DNA from: an uncultured Gemmatimonadales bacterium
GTDB lineage: Bacteria > Gemmatimonadota > Gemmatimonadetes > Longimicrobiales > RSA9
NCBI GenBank assembly: GCA_963708135.1
Contig: OY970192.1
Location: forward strand, 3,296,001 to 3,360,000
DNA: 64,000 nt
Reading direction: 5' to 3'
In this document: positions 1-9,474 of the stretch, piece by piece
Position numbering within the stretch: the stretch's first letter is position 1
Layout of the letters: each line of letters starts with the position of its first letter
The notes under the pieces: generated by a model
Database searches by the model: none
Told to the model about the DNA's origin: nothing
The model's input: only the letters and a program-made list of their open reading frames with translations
Program-made: the position numbers and the translations under genes

Positions 1-327
1 GCCGATCCGGGCGACGCCGGTGCCGCCGTGGCCCCGGCCGACGCCGCCGGCCGGGGCACGCCGCAGGACGCCGAGCGGGCGGTACGACTGGCGGAGAGCC
101 GCTACATGCGGGCGCTCTCGCGCTACGCGGAGGTCGCGCCGCCACCCGCGGGCGGCGACCCGGTGGCGCGCGTCGCGGCGCTCGAGAGCATCGTCCTGAC
201 CACGCGGGCCGCGCTCAACCAGGCGCCCGCCGACCCGGTCATCAACGGCTATCACCTGACCGCCATCGCCCAGCGCGATGCCACCCTGAAGCAGATCGCC
301 CGAGCGGGCGGCGACACCTGGTACTGA
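1..327 (+). CDS. Hypothetical protein, 3' part only (open from the window edge)
   Basis: Frame is open from base 1 to TGA at 325-327, with high GC3. The stop overlaps the next ATG (TGATG). Confidence 0.7.
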   Translation, partial: ADPGDAGAAVAPADAAGRGTPQDAERAVRLAESRYMRALSRYAEVAPPPAGGDPVARVAALESIVLTTRAALNQAPADPVINGYHLTAIAQRDATLKQIARAGGDTWY

Positions 328-1382
328 TGCGGAGCATGACCATGCGGAACGAACTCACGCGCACGCGCCCCCTGATCCTCCTCGCCCTGCTGCTGGCGGC
401 CGGCAGCCTCCTGCCGGCGCGCGCGCTCGATGCACAGGCACGCACCCGGGTCGCCTCCGGCCGGGGCACCCCCGGCTGGCTCGGCTTCTCGATCAACAGC
501 TGGGCCTCCCCCGACGAAGCGCGCGGCATCCTGGTGCAGGGCGTGGTGGACGGCTCGCCCGCCGCCAGGGCCGGCCTCCTGCGTGGCGACACGATCATGC
601 GGCTCAACGGCCTCACGGCGACGCCCCGCCTCGTGGGCTCGGTCGCCCGCTCGCTCCAGGCCGGCGACACCGTCCGGCTCGACATCCGTCGCGCAGGCCG
701 CGAGCGGCGCCTCGTCGCCGTCTCGGAGCCCCGCCCCCTGGCCATGGGCCGCGGCGAGCCCGGACCGTGGAACGTCATCACCGTCGATGGCGACTCGATC
801 CGGCGCGCGCTGCGCGTCTACCTCGACTCCGCGCGCGTGCAGCTCGATTCGCTGCGACTGCCGCGCATCCGCGTCGAGACCGGCGACTCCGGCATGGTCA
901 TGCTCTTCCGCGACGGCCGGACGGGCGCGCTCCGCGCCGACACCATCGACTTCCACTGGAGCGACAGCCTGAACCACGCGCTCCAGGGCCTCCACTTCCG
1001 GCTGGACAGCCTGGGCGAGCACCTGAACGCGACGGTGCCAGACCTCTACCTCCGGAAGCTCGAAACCGAGCCCGGTGGCTTCGCCTTCGCCTTCGGGATC
1101 GGCGAGCACGCCGTCGCCGGGGCCGAGCTCTCACCGCTCAACGCCTCGCTCGGCCACTACTTCGGCACCAGCAGCGGCCTGCTCGTGCTGCGCGTCGCGC
1201 CCGGCACCCCCGCCGCCCGCGCGGGGCTCCGTCCCGGCGACGTGATCGTCCGCGCCGCTGACCACGCCGTCCGCGACATCCCCGACCTGCGCGGCATCGT
1301 CGCCTCCAAGCGCCACGACCGCCTGCCGCTGGAGGTGCTGCGCCAGGGTAAGCGGACCCGGCTCGAGATGCGCTGGGACTGA
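327..1382 (+). CDS. Exported PDZ-domain protein (two PDZ domains, no protease domain seen)
   Basis: Signal-like N-terminus; GWLGFSI...GSPAARAGLLRGD and GTPAARAGLRPGDVI PDZ motifs. Confidence 0.85.
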   Translation: MRSMTMRNELTRTRPLILLALLLAAGSLLPARALDAQARTRVASGRGTPGWLGFSINSWASPDEARGILVQGVVDGSPAARAGLLRGDTIMRLNGLTATPRLVGSVARSLQAGDTVRLDIRRAGRERRLVAVSEPRPLAMGRGEPGPWNVITVDGDSIRRALRVYLDSARVQLDSLRLPRIRVETGDSGMVMLFRDGRTGALRADTIDFHWSDSLNHALQGLHFRLDSLGEHLNATVPDLYLRKLETEPGGFAFAFGIGEHAVAGAELSPLNASLGHYFGTSSGLLVLRVAPGTPAARAGLRPGDVIVRAADHAVRDIPDLRGIVASKRHDRLPLEVLRQGKRTRLEMRWD

Positions 1383-1804
1383 GGCTCGTCGTTCCGCGCC
1401 CGCGGCTCCCGGAGGGGCCGTCGGCCCGGCCACCCTGCCGGGTGCGCACCCTGCGGGGCCCGCGCGCCTGGCCGGTTGCGTTTCGCGGCCCCGCCGGCTC
1501 CCGCAGCACCCGCAACTCCGCATCCGTGGCCCCCGTCCGCGGCCGGACGCGAGCTGGTGGCCTCATGCGCCCGCTTCTCCGCTCCCGTTCACCCGCTCGA
1601 CCCGCGCGAGCGGCGTTCGGGGTGCATGGCGCCCCTTTCTCCGCGCCACCTCCCGAAACGCGCCGCCAACGAGGAGTTCGGGACCGCCCCCCGCGCGACC
1701 CCGAGCCCCGAGCCCCGAGCCCCGCACCCCGCACCCCATCAGCATCCCGTTATATGGCTCCTTGCTGTCTCACGTGGGTTCCGCCGGCCGGTGGCGGCTC
1801 CGAA

Positions 1805-2031
1805 ACCCGTGTGCGGGTGCGTGTGCGTGTGCGAAGGTTCGTGCCCGCATCCCGCTTGCCGGATCCGCTTGCGCTTGCGGCCTGAGGCGGTGGTAGGAAG
1901 CACGGGGACGTAAGACGAAACCGCGTGAACCGCGGGCACGGGCCCGCGCCCGCAACAGCGGGAGGCGCGCAGGTGGCGCGCACACGCACACGCACACGAG
2001 GGCGGAGCCGCACCCGCACCCGCACACGGGT
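1805..2031. repeat. Intergenic element bounded by 23-bp inverted (GTGCGK)n arms
   Basis: ACCCGTGTGCGGGTGCGTGTGCG at 1805-1827 matches the reverse complement of 2009-2031 with 1 mismatch. Extra CGCACA copies lie at about 1978-1998. Confidence 0.7.
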
Positions 2032-2103
2032 CCAACCCTCACCCACTCGGAACAGCGAGCATCCTGCTATATTGAGCCGCACCTTTACCACTGGCTCGCC
2101 CGC

Positions 2104-3288
2104 ATGGCACCAACGCCCGACCCCAGGACCCACATCACGCCGGCCTCCTTCGCGGTGGCGCCGGAGCTGCTCGGCACGCCGCTGGCCGGGCCGTGGCGGC
2201 GCGCCGTCGCCATGGGGATCGACCTGCTGCTCATCGCGCTGCTGGTGAACGCCGGCGGCGTGCTGCTCGCGCTCGCGGCGGCGGGCGTGCTGCTGTGGGC
2301 GTCCTCGCGGGAGAAACGCGGGCGCCGGCGCCCGTGGGTGCGCAACTTCATCCGCTTCGGCGCGGCGTTCGTCGTCTTCGCGGTGATCGTGTCCAACTGG
2401 GGCCGGTGGCGGCGGGACCGGGCGGAGGAGGATGCCGCGTCCGCGGTCGATGAGGCGACGCAGGGGCAGAGCGTCCCCGGCGTGAACCTCACCGGCCTCG
2501 GCGCCATCGGCGCCGTGGGCGACGCGCTGGCGCTGAAGAAGGCGGACACGGAGCGGGAGGCGCAGCGCGCAGCGGACCGGCTGGTCGAGCGGCTGAAGCG
2601 GAGCGGCATGAGCGCCGACCAGATGGCGGATGCCCGCGCGGAGCTGCTGCAGCAGGACGGCAGCGGCCTGCCGCCGCGGGCGGTGGCGGCCCTGCGCCGG
2701 GCCTTCGCGGAGCGCGCCGGGATCGCGCCCGACACGGGCATGGCCGCCGGCGCCGCCGGCGCGCGCGACTCCCTCGCCCGCCGCTACGTGGCCCGGCTCG
2801 AGGCGCGCGACACGGCAGCCGCGAGCGCGCTCGCCCCCCGGCTCGGCTCCGCCTTCGCGGCCGAATCGCTCTCGCTCCTGCGCGGCCGGACGGCCCGGCT
2901 GGAGCGCAGCAACGCGGCGCTCGAGAAGCAGCTCGACGCCGAGAAGCAGAAGCCGAAGGGCGTCGGCCTCGTCAACACGCTGGCCGACATGGGCGCCGAG
3001 GTGGCGCGGCTGCTCAGGAAGGCGGGCCTGGGATTCGGCTTGACCGGCCTCTACTTCACGGCCTTCCTCGCGCTCATGAACGGGCAGACCCCCGGCAAGA
3101 AGCTGATGGGGATGCGCGTCCGCCGCCTGGACGGCGAGCCGATGGGCTGGTGGGCCTCCTTCGAGCGCTTCGGCGGCTACTCCGCCTCGATCATCACCGG
3201 GCTGGGCGGCTTCTTCCAGATCCTCTGGGACCGCAACCGCCAGGGCCTGCACGACAAGATCGCCGAGACGGTGGTGGTGCGGCTCTGA
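2104..3288 (+). CDS. RDD family membrane protein
   Basis: LAGPWRRAVAMGIDLL at the N-terminus; GQTPGKKLMGMRV and QGLHDKIAETVVV at the C-terminus. Confidence 0.9.
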   Translation: MAPTPDPRTHITPASFAVAPELLGTPLAGPWRRAVAMGIDLLLIALLVNAGGVLLALAAAGVLLWASSREKRGRRRPWVRNFIRFGAAFVVFAVIVSNWGRWRRDRAEEDAASAVDEATQGQSVPGVNLTGLGAIGAVGDALALKKADTEREAQRAADRLVERLKRSGMSADQMADARAELLQQDGSGLPPRAVAALRRAFAERAGIAPDTGMAAGAAGARDSLARRYVARLEARDTAAASALAPRLGSAFAAESLSLLRGRTARLERSNAALEKQLDAEKQKPKGVGLVNTLADMGAEVARLLRKAGLGFGLTGLYFTAFLALMNGQTPGKKLMGMRVRRLDGEPMGWWASFERFGGYSASIITGLGGFFQILWDRNRQGLHDKIAETVVVRL

Positions 3289-3394
3289 CGCCTCTCGCCA
3301 CAACCGCACACCACCCTCCCCCGGGATCCCCTCCCCACCACGCAGCGGGGTTTCCCCGCGTCGGGCGGGGCGGTGGGCGGGGGCAATCCCCGGG

Positions 3395-4738
3395 TCAGGG
3401 ACGGCCGCTGGCGGGCGGGACCGCGAGGACCCGGTCCGCGGCGGCGAGGCCGCTCCGGACGGCGCCTTCCACCGTGGGCGCGACCAGGTAGTCGCCGGCC
3501 AGGGCGAGGCGCTCGGGCAGGATCGAGGGGACGAACGCCCGCAGGCGCTCGAGGTAGCCCGGGTAGAACGTGACCGCATCGGCCATCCGGTAGAGCTTGG
3601 CGCGCCGGATCCGGCCGCCGATTCCCGGGAACGCCCGCTCCAGCGCGGGCCGCATCCGTTCCAGCGCGGCCTGGGGCTCGGCGTCCGACAGCGTGGCGGC
3701 GAGCGCCGGCGCGGGGAAGGCGACGATCACGCCCGACCCGCGCGGCACGAGCCCCGCCCCCTTCCGCTCCTCGACACACGCCGCCACCAGGGTCTCGCCG
3801 GGCGGCTCCGTGCGGGGAAAAGACAGGCCGAACCAGTCCACGGGCGTCTCGCCCTCCAGCACGAGCGCGAGCGAGACCGCCGGCGCGGTGTGCACGCCCT
3901 CCAGCCAGCGCGCCGCCGGCTCGGGCAGCCCGTCGAGGGCCGCGGCCGCCCGCGGCGGCAGGGCGAGCACGAGGGCGTCGTGGGTGACGTCGCCTTCCGG
4001 GGTCCGCACGCGAACGCCGTCCGGCGCGACCTCGACCCCCTCTACCGCGACCCCACCGCGGAAGCGCGTGCCGCGCCGCTCCAGCGCGCGCAGGAGCGCC
4101 GCCGGCAGCTCTCCCACACCACCCCTCACGGCGTGGAGCGACACGTCCATGCCGGCCCGGGCCAGGCCATGGTAGAAGCCGGCGCTCGCATCCTCCGGCA
4201 CCGCGCCGTAGTAGGCGGCCAGCAGCGGGTAGACCAGCAGCTCGACGAAGTCCGCGCCCATCTCGCGCCGCCCCCACGCCGCGATGGACTCGCGGTCCAG
4301 GCCGGCGGCGGCGGCGCGCGCCGGCGCGTTGGCATCGAGTTCCGCGGCGTGGCGCTGGAGGAAGGAGACGTAGCGGGTGCCGAGCCGGAGCTTGAGCCCC
4401 ATCGGCAGAGCGCCCGAGAGCGTCATGCTGGGCACGGAGCCGTAGGTCAGCGGGTGCGCCCGGCCGCCGCGCCAGAGGGCGTCGCGCCCCGGCGAGCGCA
4501 CGAGCAGATCGGCGGCGCCGGCCTCGCGGGCGAGACGGAAGGTCTCGGTGTAGTAGGAGCCCAGGAGCTGCACGGCGGGATCGAGGCGGACACCGTCGAG
4601 CGTGTCCGTCCGCATCCGCCCGCCGGGCGTCTCGCGCCGTTCATAGAGGGTCACGGCGGCGCCGGCCCCGGCGAGCCGCCAGGCGGCGGCCAGCCCGGCC
4701 GGGCCCCCGCCCACGATGGCGATGTCGCGCCCGCCCAC
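3395..4738 (-). CDS. FAD-dependent oxidoreductase, protoporphyrinogen oxidase/amine oxidase-like
   Basis: IAIVGGGPAGLAAA Rossmann motif, GGRMRT, and C-terminal LAGDY...VEGAVRSG. Confidence 0.85.
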   Translation of the reverse strand: MGGRDIAIVGGGPAGLAAAWRLAGAGAAVTLYERRETPGGRMRTDTLDGVRLDPAVQLLGSYYTETFRLAREAGAADLLVRSPGRDALWRGGRAHPLTYGSVPSMTLSGALPMGLKLRLGTRYVSFLQRHAAELDANAPARAAAAGLDRESIAAWGRREMGADFVELLVYPLLAAYYGAVPEDASAGFYHGLARAGMDVSLHAVRGGVGELPAALLRALERRGTRFRGGVAVEGVEVAPDGVRVRTPEGDVTHDALVLALPPRAAAALDGLPEPAARWLEGVHTAPAVSLALVLEGETPVDWFGLSFPRTEPPGETLVAACVEERKGAGLVPRGSGVIVAFPAPALAATLSDAEPQAALERMRPALERAFPGIGGRIRRAKLYRMADAVTFYPGYLERLRAFVPSILPERLALAGDYLVAPTVEGAVRSGLAAADRVLAVPPASGRP

Positions 4739-4739
4739 G

Positions 4740-5036
4740 TCAGTCCTCGGCGGCGGCGCCCGACGCGCCCGTCGGACCCCCGGCGGCGCCGCGCTGCCGC
4801 AGCCACTGGCGGAAGCTGGGGAGCTTGAGCCGCTTGAAGAGCAGGGCGTCCACGGCGTCGCGGAGAAGGATCTCGGTCAGGGGGTACTGCTCGTCGGGGG
4901 TCTCGAAGAGCTGCTGGACGGCGGCGTCCGCGATCTGCATCAGCTCGTCACGCGTGAGCGTGGCCTTGTAGTCCTCGATCTGCTCCTCGACCCAGGCCAG
5001 GTACAGCTGTCGCGGGGGGGAGGTGGGAGCCGTCAT
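4740..5036 (-). CDS. Small hypothetical helical protein
   Basis: ATG at 5036, 98 aa, typical codon usage, tightly packed against the oxidoreductase. Confidence 0.7.
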   Translation of the reverse strand: MTAPTSPPRQLYLAWVEEQIEDYKATLTRDELMQIADAAVQQLFETPDEQYPLTEILLRDAVDALLFKRLKLPSFRQWLRQRGAAGGPTGASGAAAED

Positions 5037-5079
5037 CGCACGAATGGTAAGCCGCCCGCCGCCCCGCACACAAGCCCGC

Positions 5080-5610
5080 CTAACCCTCTGTGGCGACCCT
5101 TCCGGCACGGCAGTCGGCGCAGAAGTCGAGCGCCTTCGCGTCCACCTCGGCCAGCGACCGCGAGAAGCTCATGACGCATGCCGGATCGGGGCAGTGGCCG
5201 AGCCCGGCCACGTGCCCGAGCTCGTGCACCGCCTCCTTCAGCACCCGCTCGAAGAAGCGCGCCTCATCCGCGTCCCGGCGGAGCCGCGGCAGCGCCACGA
5301 CGGCGCAGCAGCCGCCGAGCGTGGCCTGCCCGAAGACGAACGCGAGCCCGTCATCGAAGAGGTCCCAGCCCGCCACGCCGAGCCGCCACGCCGCGCCGCC
5401 CCGCGCCACCAGCAGGTCCACGAGCGCGGCGGCCGCGTGCTGCCCCCGCCCGGCGTCGAACGCCGCGTCGGCCCCCTCCAGCGCCTCGCCCACGCTCGCC
5501 TCCGTGCGGATGGCCTCCGCGAGCGCGCCGGCGAGGCGCGTGAGGAGCGGACGCTCGACCGCTCCGATCGGGATCAGCTCGATGGGGGGAACGGGCGGGG
5601 CAGGCGCCAC
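5080..5610 (-). CDS. Archaemetzincin (M54) family zinc metalloprotease
   Basis: KEAVHELGHVAGLGHC..CVMSFS..DFCADC metzincin motif plus the Cys zinc site. Confidence 0.9.
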   Translation of the reverse strand: MAPAPPVPPIELIPIGAVERPLLTRLAGALAEAIRTEASVGEALEGADAAFDAGRGQHAAAALVDLLVARGGAAWRLGVAGWDLFDDGLAFVFGQATLGGCCAVVALPRLRRDADEARFFERVLKEAVHELGHVAGLGHCPDPACVMSFSRSLAEVDAKALDFCADCRAGRVATEG

Positions 5611-6087
5611 TCAAGGCTCGCCGCGGAGCGAGCCGGCCAGCAGTCGCTTTCCGAGGCGCTCGGCGCTGCTCGGGTCCGCGCACCACTCGCGGAAGCGGGA
5701 CTCCGCCTCCTCGAGCGACTCCGCCAGGCGCTCCAGTGTGACCGGCTTGACGAGGTAGTCCACGACCGGGATCCGCGCCGCCTCCTCGATCAGCTCCGGG
5801 TCGTTGTAGCCGCTCAGCAGCACGATCGGCACCGGCCTGTCCGCGAAGATCCGCCGCGCCGCCGCCAGCCCCGAGAGGCGCGGCATGCCGACGTCCATGA
5901 GCACGATGTCCACGGGCTCGCGACCCGCGAGCTCGACCGCCTGCAGACCCTCGCGCACTGGACCCAGGACGCGGTGCCCCAGCGCCTCCAGCTGGGCCAC
6001 CAGCGCCATCGCACTCAGCGCTTCGTCTTCGGCAACGAGGATCGTCCGCGGCACCCGCACCCTCTCCGTGTCGGCTGGGAAGTCCAA
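5611..6087 (-). CDS. Response regulator receiver protein (PdtaR/NasT-like REC, no ANTAR domain)
   Basis: ILVAEDE, DIVLMDVGMP, PIVLLSGY, YLVKPV. Confidence 0.85.
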   Translation of the reverse strand: MDFPADTERVRVPRTILVAEDEALSAMALVAQLEALGHRVLGPVREGLQAVELAGREPVDIVLMDVGMPRLSGLAAARRIFADRPVPIVLLSGYNDPELIEEAARIPVVDYLVKPVTLERLAESLEEAESRFREWCADPSSAERLGKRLLAGSLRGEP

Positions 6088-6195
6088 TCAGCACTCCGCG
6101 AGTGCGGGGCGCAAGAGGCAAGCCAGCGCGATGGAGGCCGCGGGATACGGGATGCGGGACGCGCCGCAGCCCCCCGCGGCCCGTCGGGATCACCA

Positions 6196-7218
6196 TCACG
6201 ATGCCATGGCCGGCGTGCCCCGCACCTGCATGCGGAGCAGCAGCTCTTCCATGATCTGGCGGTCCGTCAGGGAGGCCGACTTGAGCAGGCGGTCCGCCCG
6301 CAGCAGGTCCTCGAGGGCCGCCTGCAGCGCACCGACGCTCCAGCGGCGCGCCTGCTTGAGGATCCGGCCGGCCAGCCAGCGCTGGTGGGGCGGCAGCGCC
6401 GACTCGAGCGCGCGCTGGCCGCCGCTGGCGGCGAGAGCGAGGCGGAGGAAATGGGTGCCGAGCCCGAGCACCAGCCCCACGCCGGACTCGCCGCTCGATT
6501 CGAGCAGCACGGGCAGGGCGTGCCTGGCGTCCGCGAAGCGCGCGTCGCCGACCAGGTCGAACCACTCCCAGCGATTCTGGCGCGGCACCACGCCCACGAC
6601 CGCCTCCACGTCCGCCACCGTGATGCGGCCGGCGTCACCCGCATACTCGCGCAGCTTGTCCAGCTCGCGGCCGAGCACGCCCAGCTCCGTGCCGATCGCC
6701 GCCGCCAGTGCCCGGGCCGCGGCCGTGTCCATCGGGGTCCCGCGCGCCTCCGCTTCCTGCATCAGCCAGCCGGGCACGTCCGCCGGGGACAGCGGCGCGA
6801 ACTCGGCCGACTGCGCCTGTTTCTTCAGGGTCTCGTAGAACCTGGCGCGCGAGCGGTCGGGGATCTGCGCCACCAGGATCAGCGCGAGCCCGGCCGGCGG
6901 CTTCGCCGCGGCGGCCTCCACGGCCGCGCGGGCGCGCGCCGACCCCGCGAGCGCCTGTACGTCGCGGAGCACGACGACGCGCCACTCGGCCATCATCGGC
7001 GGCGTGGCGAGCACGGACCCGATCGTCTCGGGATCGGCGTCGGACGCCCGCAGCTGGTCGAAGTTGAAGTCGCGCGTGCCCGGGTCGAGGTGCGCCGCCA
7101 CCAGCGCGGACACGGCCGCCTCCTTCAGGTACTCCTCGTCCCCGAAAAGGAAGAACACGCCGCCGCGTTTCCCCTTCTCCAGGGCGCGCAGCAGGGCATC
7201 GGGACGGACCAGCGGCAC
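6196..7218 (-). CDS. holA: DNA polymerase III subunit delta
   Basis: FFLFGDEEYLK, PPMMAEWRVVV, ELDKL, ADRLLKS; about 340 aa from GTG at 7218. Confidence 0.9.
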   Translation of the reverse strand: MPLVRPDALLRALEKGKRGGVFFLFGDEEYLKEAAVSALVAAHLDPGTRDFNFDQLRASDADPETIGSVLATPPMMAEWRVVVLRDVQALAGSARARAAVEAAAAKPPAGLALILVAQIPDRSRARFYETLKKQAQSAEFAPLSPADVPGWLMQEAEARGTPMDTAAARALAAAIGTELGVLGRELDKLREYAGDAGRITVADVEAVVGVVPRQNRWEWFDLVGDARFADARHALPVLLESSGESGVGLVLGLGTHFLRLALAASGGQRALESALPPHQRWLAGRILKQARRWSVGALQAALEDLLRADRLLKSASLTDRQIMEELLLRMQVRGTPAMAS

Positions 7219-7228
7219 CGGGGGAGCG

Positions 7229-7837
7229 CTACTCGATGGGGTGGGAGTACACGGCGGAGGCGTCGTGCAGGACGCTCGGCCGCCCGAAGTCCGGCGGCTC
7301 CAGCGGCAGCGGCGAGTACGGACCCGGCGCAACCGCGCCCAGGTCGGGAGCCGCCGCCTCGAACGGTTCGGCCGGGAAGGAGGAAGGCTGGAACGGCGTC
7401 GGATCCACGGGCCCATCGAGCAGCGCCCGTCCGCCCGGCACCGCAACGCGGCCGGTCGCGTCCGCGGCCTGCGCCGGCCGCTGGCTCACCCCGTCGCGCA
7501 CCGCGCCCAGGTCGGCGCGCAGATCCTGCAGGAGCGGGCTCCACGCGATGGCCGCCAGCACGCCCGCGATGGCCAGCGCGCCGAGCGCGCCGACGGCGGC
7601 CGCGCGCGGCACCGGCCGCGACTCCGCTTCCCGGATCACCTCCAGCAGCCGCGCCGGCCGGCCGGGCTCCACCGGCTCCAGCTCGCACAGGCACGACACG
7701 CCCCGCCGCACCACGTCATCGTAGCGGGCGCACGACGGACAGCCCTCCACGTGCCGGCGGAAGACCGCCTCGCCGGCAGAATCGAGCTCGCCGTCGAGGA
7801 ACTCCGAATAGCGATCCAGGAATTCGCGGCAGTTCAT
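7229..7837 (-). CDS. Zinc-binding (ZAS/zf-HC2) transmembrane anti-sigma factor
   Basis: MNCREFLDRYSEFLDGEL...HVEGCPSC (HxxxCxxC), followed by a TM helix. Confidence 0.85.
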   Translation of the reverse strand: MNCREFLDRYSEFLDGELDSAGEAVFRRHVEGCPSCARYDDVVRRGVSCLCELEPVEPGRPARLLEVIREAESRPVPRAAAVGALGALAIAGVLAAIAWSPLLQDLRADLGAVRDGVSQRPAQAADATGRVAVPGGRALLDGPVDPTPFQPSSFPAEPFEAAAPDLGAVAPGPYSPLPLEPPDFGRPSVLHDASAVYSHPIE

Positions 7838-7921
7838 CGCACTCCAATCTGCGCACCGTCCCGCCCCGCGTCCACCCGCGCGGCCGGGCATCCGTCCCGG
7901 TGCGATTCGTCCCGGCGTTTG

Positions 7922-7947
7922 TACTGGAGCACCCGCCGCGAGGTTCC
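7922..7947 (-). promoter_or_regulatory. Candidate ECF-sigma promoter for the anti-sigma gene
   Basis: Minus strand GGAACC-N16-AGTA, about 85 nt upstream of ATG 7837. Confidence 0.4.
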
Positions 7948-8145
7948 GCCGGCCCGGCACGGGCGAGGCCATCCGCCCGACGATGAGGGTGAGGGTGGCG
8001 GATCGGTGCTCACCGCGCCTCCCGCTCCGGGCCACTGGCCGGCGGTCCCGCACCGCCCCACTATGTCCCGTGACCGCACCCCGTCCGGCCGCGGCGCGAT
8101 CCCGTCGCGCGAGCGGGCCCGACCCTTTCGGACCGGGAGACGAAC

Positions 8146-8412
8146 ATGTGCCGCAACATCCGAACGCTCGCGAACTTCGACCCCCCGGCAACTGACGCCG
8201 AGATCCGCGCCTCCGCGCTGCAATTCGTACGCAAGCTGAGTGGCGCTCAGCAACCGTCGCGGGCCAACCAGGCGGTGTTCGAGCGTGCCGTGGACGAAGT
8301 GGCCGCTGCCGCGACGCGGCTCATCCGATCGCTCGAGACCCACGCGCCACCACGAAACCGCGAACAGGAGCGCCTGAAGGCCGCGGAGCGCGCCCGGAAA
8401 CGCTTCGCCTGA
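8146..8412 (+). CDS. DUF2277 family protein
   Basis: MCRNIRTLANFDPPATDAEIRASALQFVRKLSG signature; GGGAG RBS. Confidence 0.85.
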   Translation: MCRNIRTLANFDPPATDAEIRASALQFVRKLSGAQQPSRANQAVFERAVDEVAAAATRLIRSLETHAPPRNREQERLKAAERARKRFA

Positions 8413-8618
8413 GCGGCCCCGTCGGTCCCGGGACCCCCGACGCGCCCATCAGGGCTCCGCGCCGGCGGGCGGGACGCGTGGGGACTTGATGGCGCACAGC
8501 GCGCTCGACGCCCCACCATGAGGAAAGGCCTCGCCGGTCACGACTCCGACGAGGCCTGAGGACGGACCCGGTCTTTGGAAGGAACTGCTTCGGGCCCGTT
8601 GTCCTGCGGTGGCGCCGC

Positions 8619-9254
8619 TCAGTCCAGCATGGGCGCCACGATCTGGGCGAAGTTGTTGCGCGCCCGGTTCAGCCGGCTCTTGACGGTGCCGAGGTTGACC
8701 CCCGTGATCTCGGAGATCTCCTCGTACGTCTTGCCCTCCATCTCGCGCAGCACGAACACCACGCGGTGATGGTCGGGGAGCTGCGCCACGGCGCGGTCGA
8801 TCGTCTCCTTCAGGTGCCGCTTCCGGAACAGGTCGTCCGGGCGGTACGTGTTGTCCTCCCACTCCAGCGGCCGGTGGTCCGCGTCCCAGTTCTTCTTGAT
8901 CGTCTGGAACAGCACCAGCGGGTTGCGCGAGCGGTTCCGCAGCTCGTTCTTGGCCAGGTTGCCCGCGATCGTGTAGATCCACGTCGAGAACTTCTTCGAC
9001 TGGTCGAACCGGTGCAGGTGCCGGTACACCCGGATGAACGTCTCCTGCACCAGGTCCTCCGCCCGCTCCCGATCCCCGATCGTACGGTAGATGAAGTTCA
9101 CCAGCCGTACGTTGTAGCGCTTCATCAGCTCGCCGAACGTGCGCGTGTCGCCCGCCAGGAAACGCGCCACCAGCTCGCTGTCGCCCAGATCCGCCACCCG
9201 CTCCGAGTAGCTCTGGACGGTTCGCTTCGCGCGCATCGACAGGGCCTTCGCCAT
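8619..9254 (-). CDS. ECF-type sigma-70 factor (RpoE/SigW-like)
   Basis: AEDLVQETF, FSTWIYTIA, YEEISEI, GTVKSRLNRAR. Confidence 0.93.
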   Translation of the reverse strand: MAKALSMRAKRTVQSYSERVADLGDSELVARFLAGDTRTFGELMKRYNVRLVNFIYRTIGDRERAEDLVQETFIRVYRHLHRFDQSKKFSTWIYTIAGNLAKNELRNRSRNPLVLFQTIKKNWDADHRPLEWEDNTYRPDDLFRKRHLKETIDRAVAQLPDHHRVVFVLREMEGKTYEEISEITGVNLGTVKSRLNRARNNFAQIVAPMLD

Positions 9255-9312
9255 GACTTCCCCCGTTAGGGCTAGAGGGCGGCGGTGCATCCGGGGAGGG
9301 TCCGGCACCACC

Positions 9313-9338
9313 GACGCCCGAGCGAGGGAGCAGGTTCC
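9313..9338 (-). promoter_or_regulatory. Candidate autoregulatory ECF promoter
   Basis: Minus strand GGAACC-N16-CGTC, about 60 nt upstream of the sigma ATG. Confidence 0.55.
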
Positions 9339-9474
9339 ATTCCCTGCACGGCCCAACCGCCAGCCGCTCCCTAAGCTGTTCCAGTGCAATGTGTTGCATC
9401 GTCGCAGCCGGAGGCGGGCCCGCGCGCGCGGCGTCCACTCACGAGGACGGGACCGGGCTTATTGTGACCTCTTT

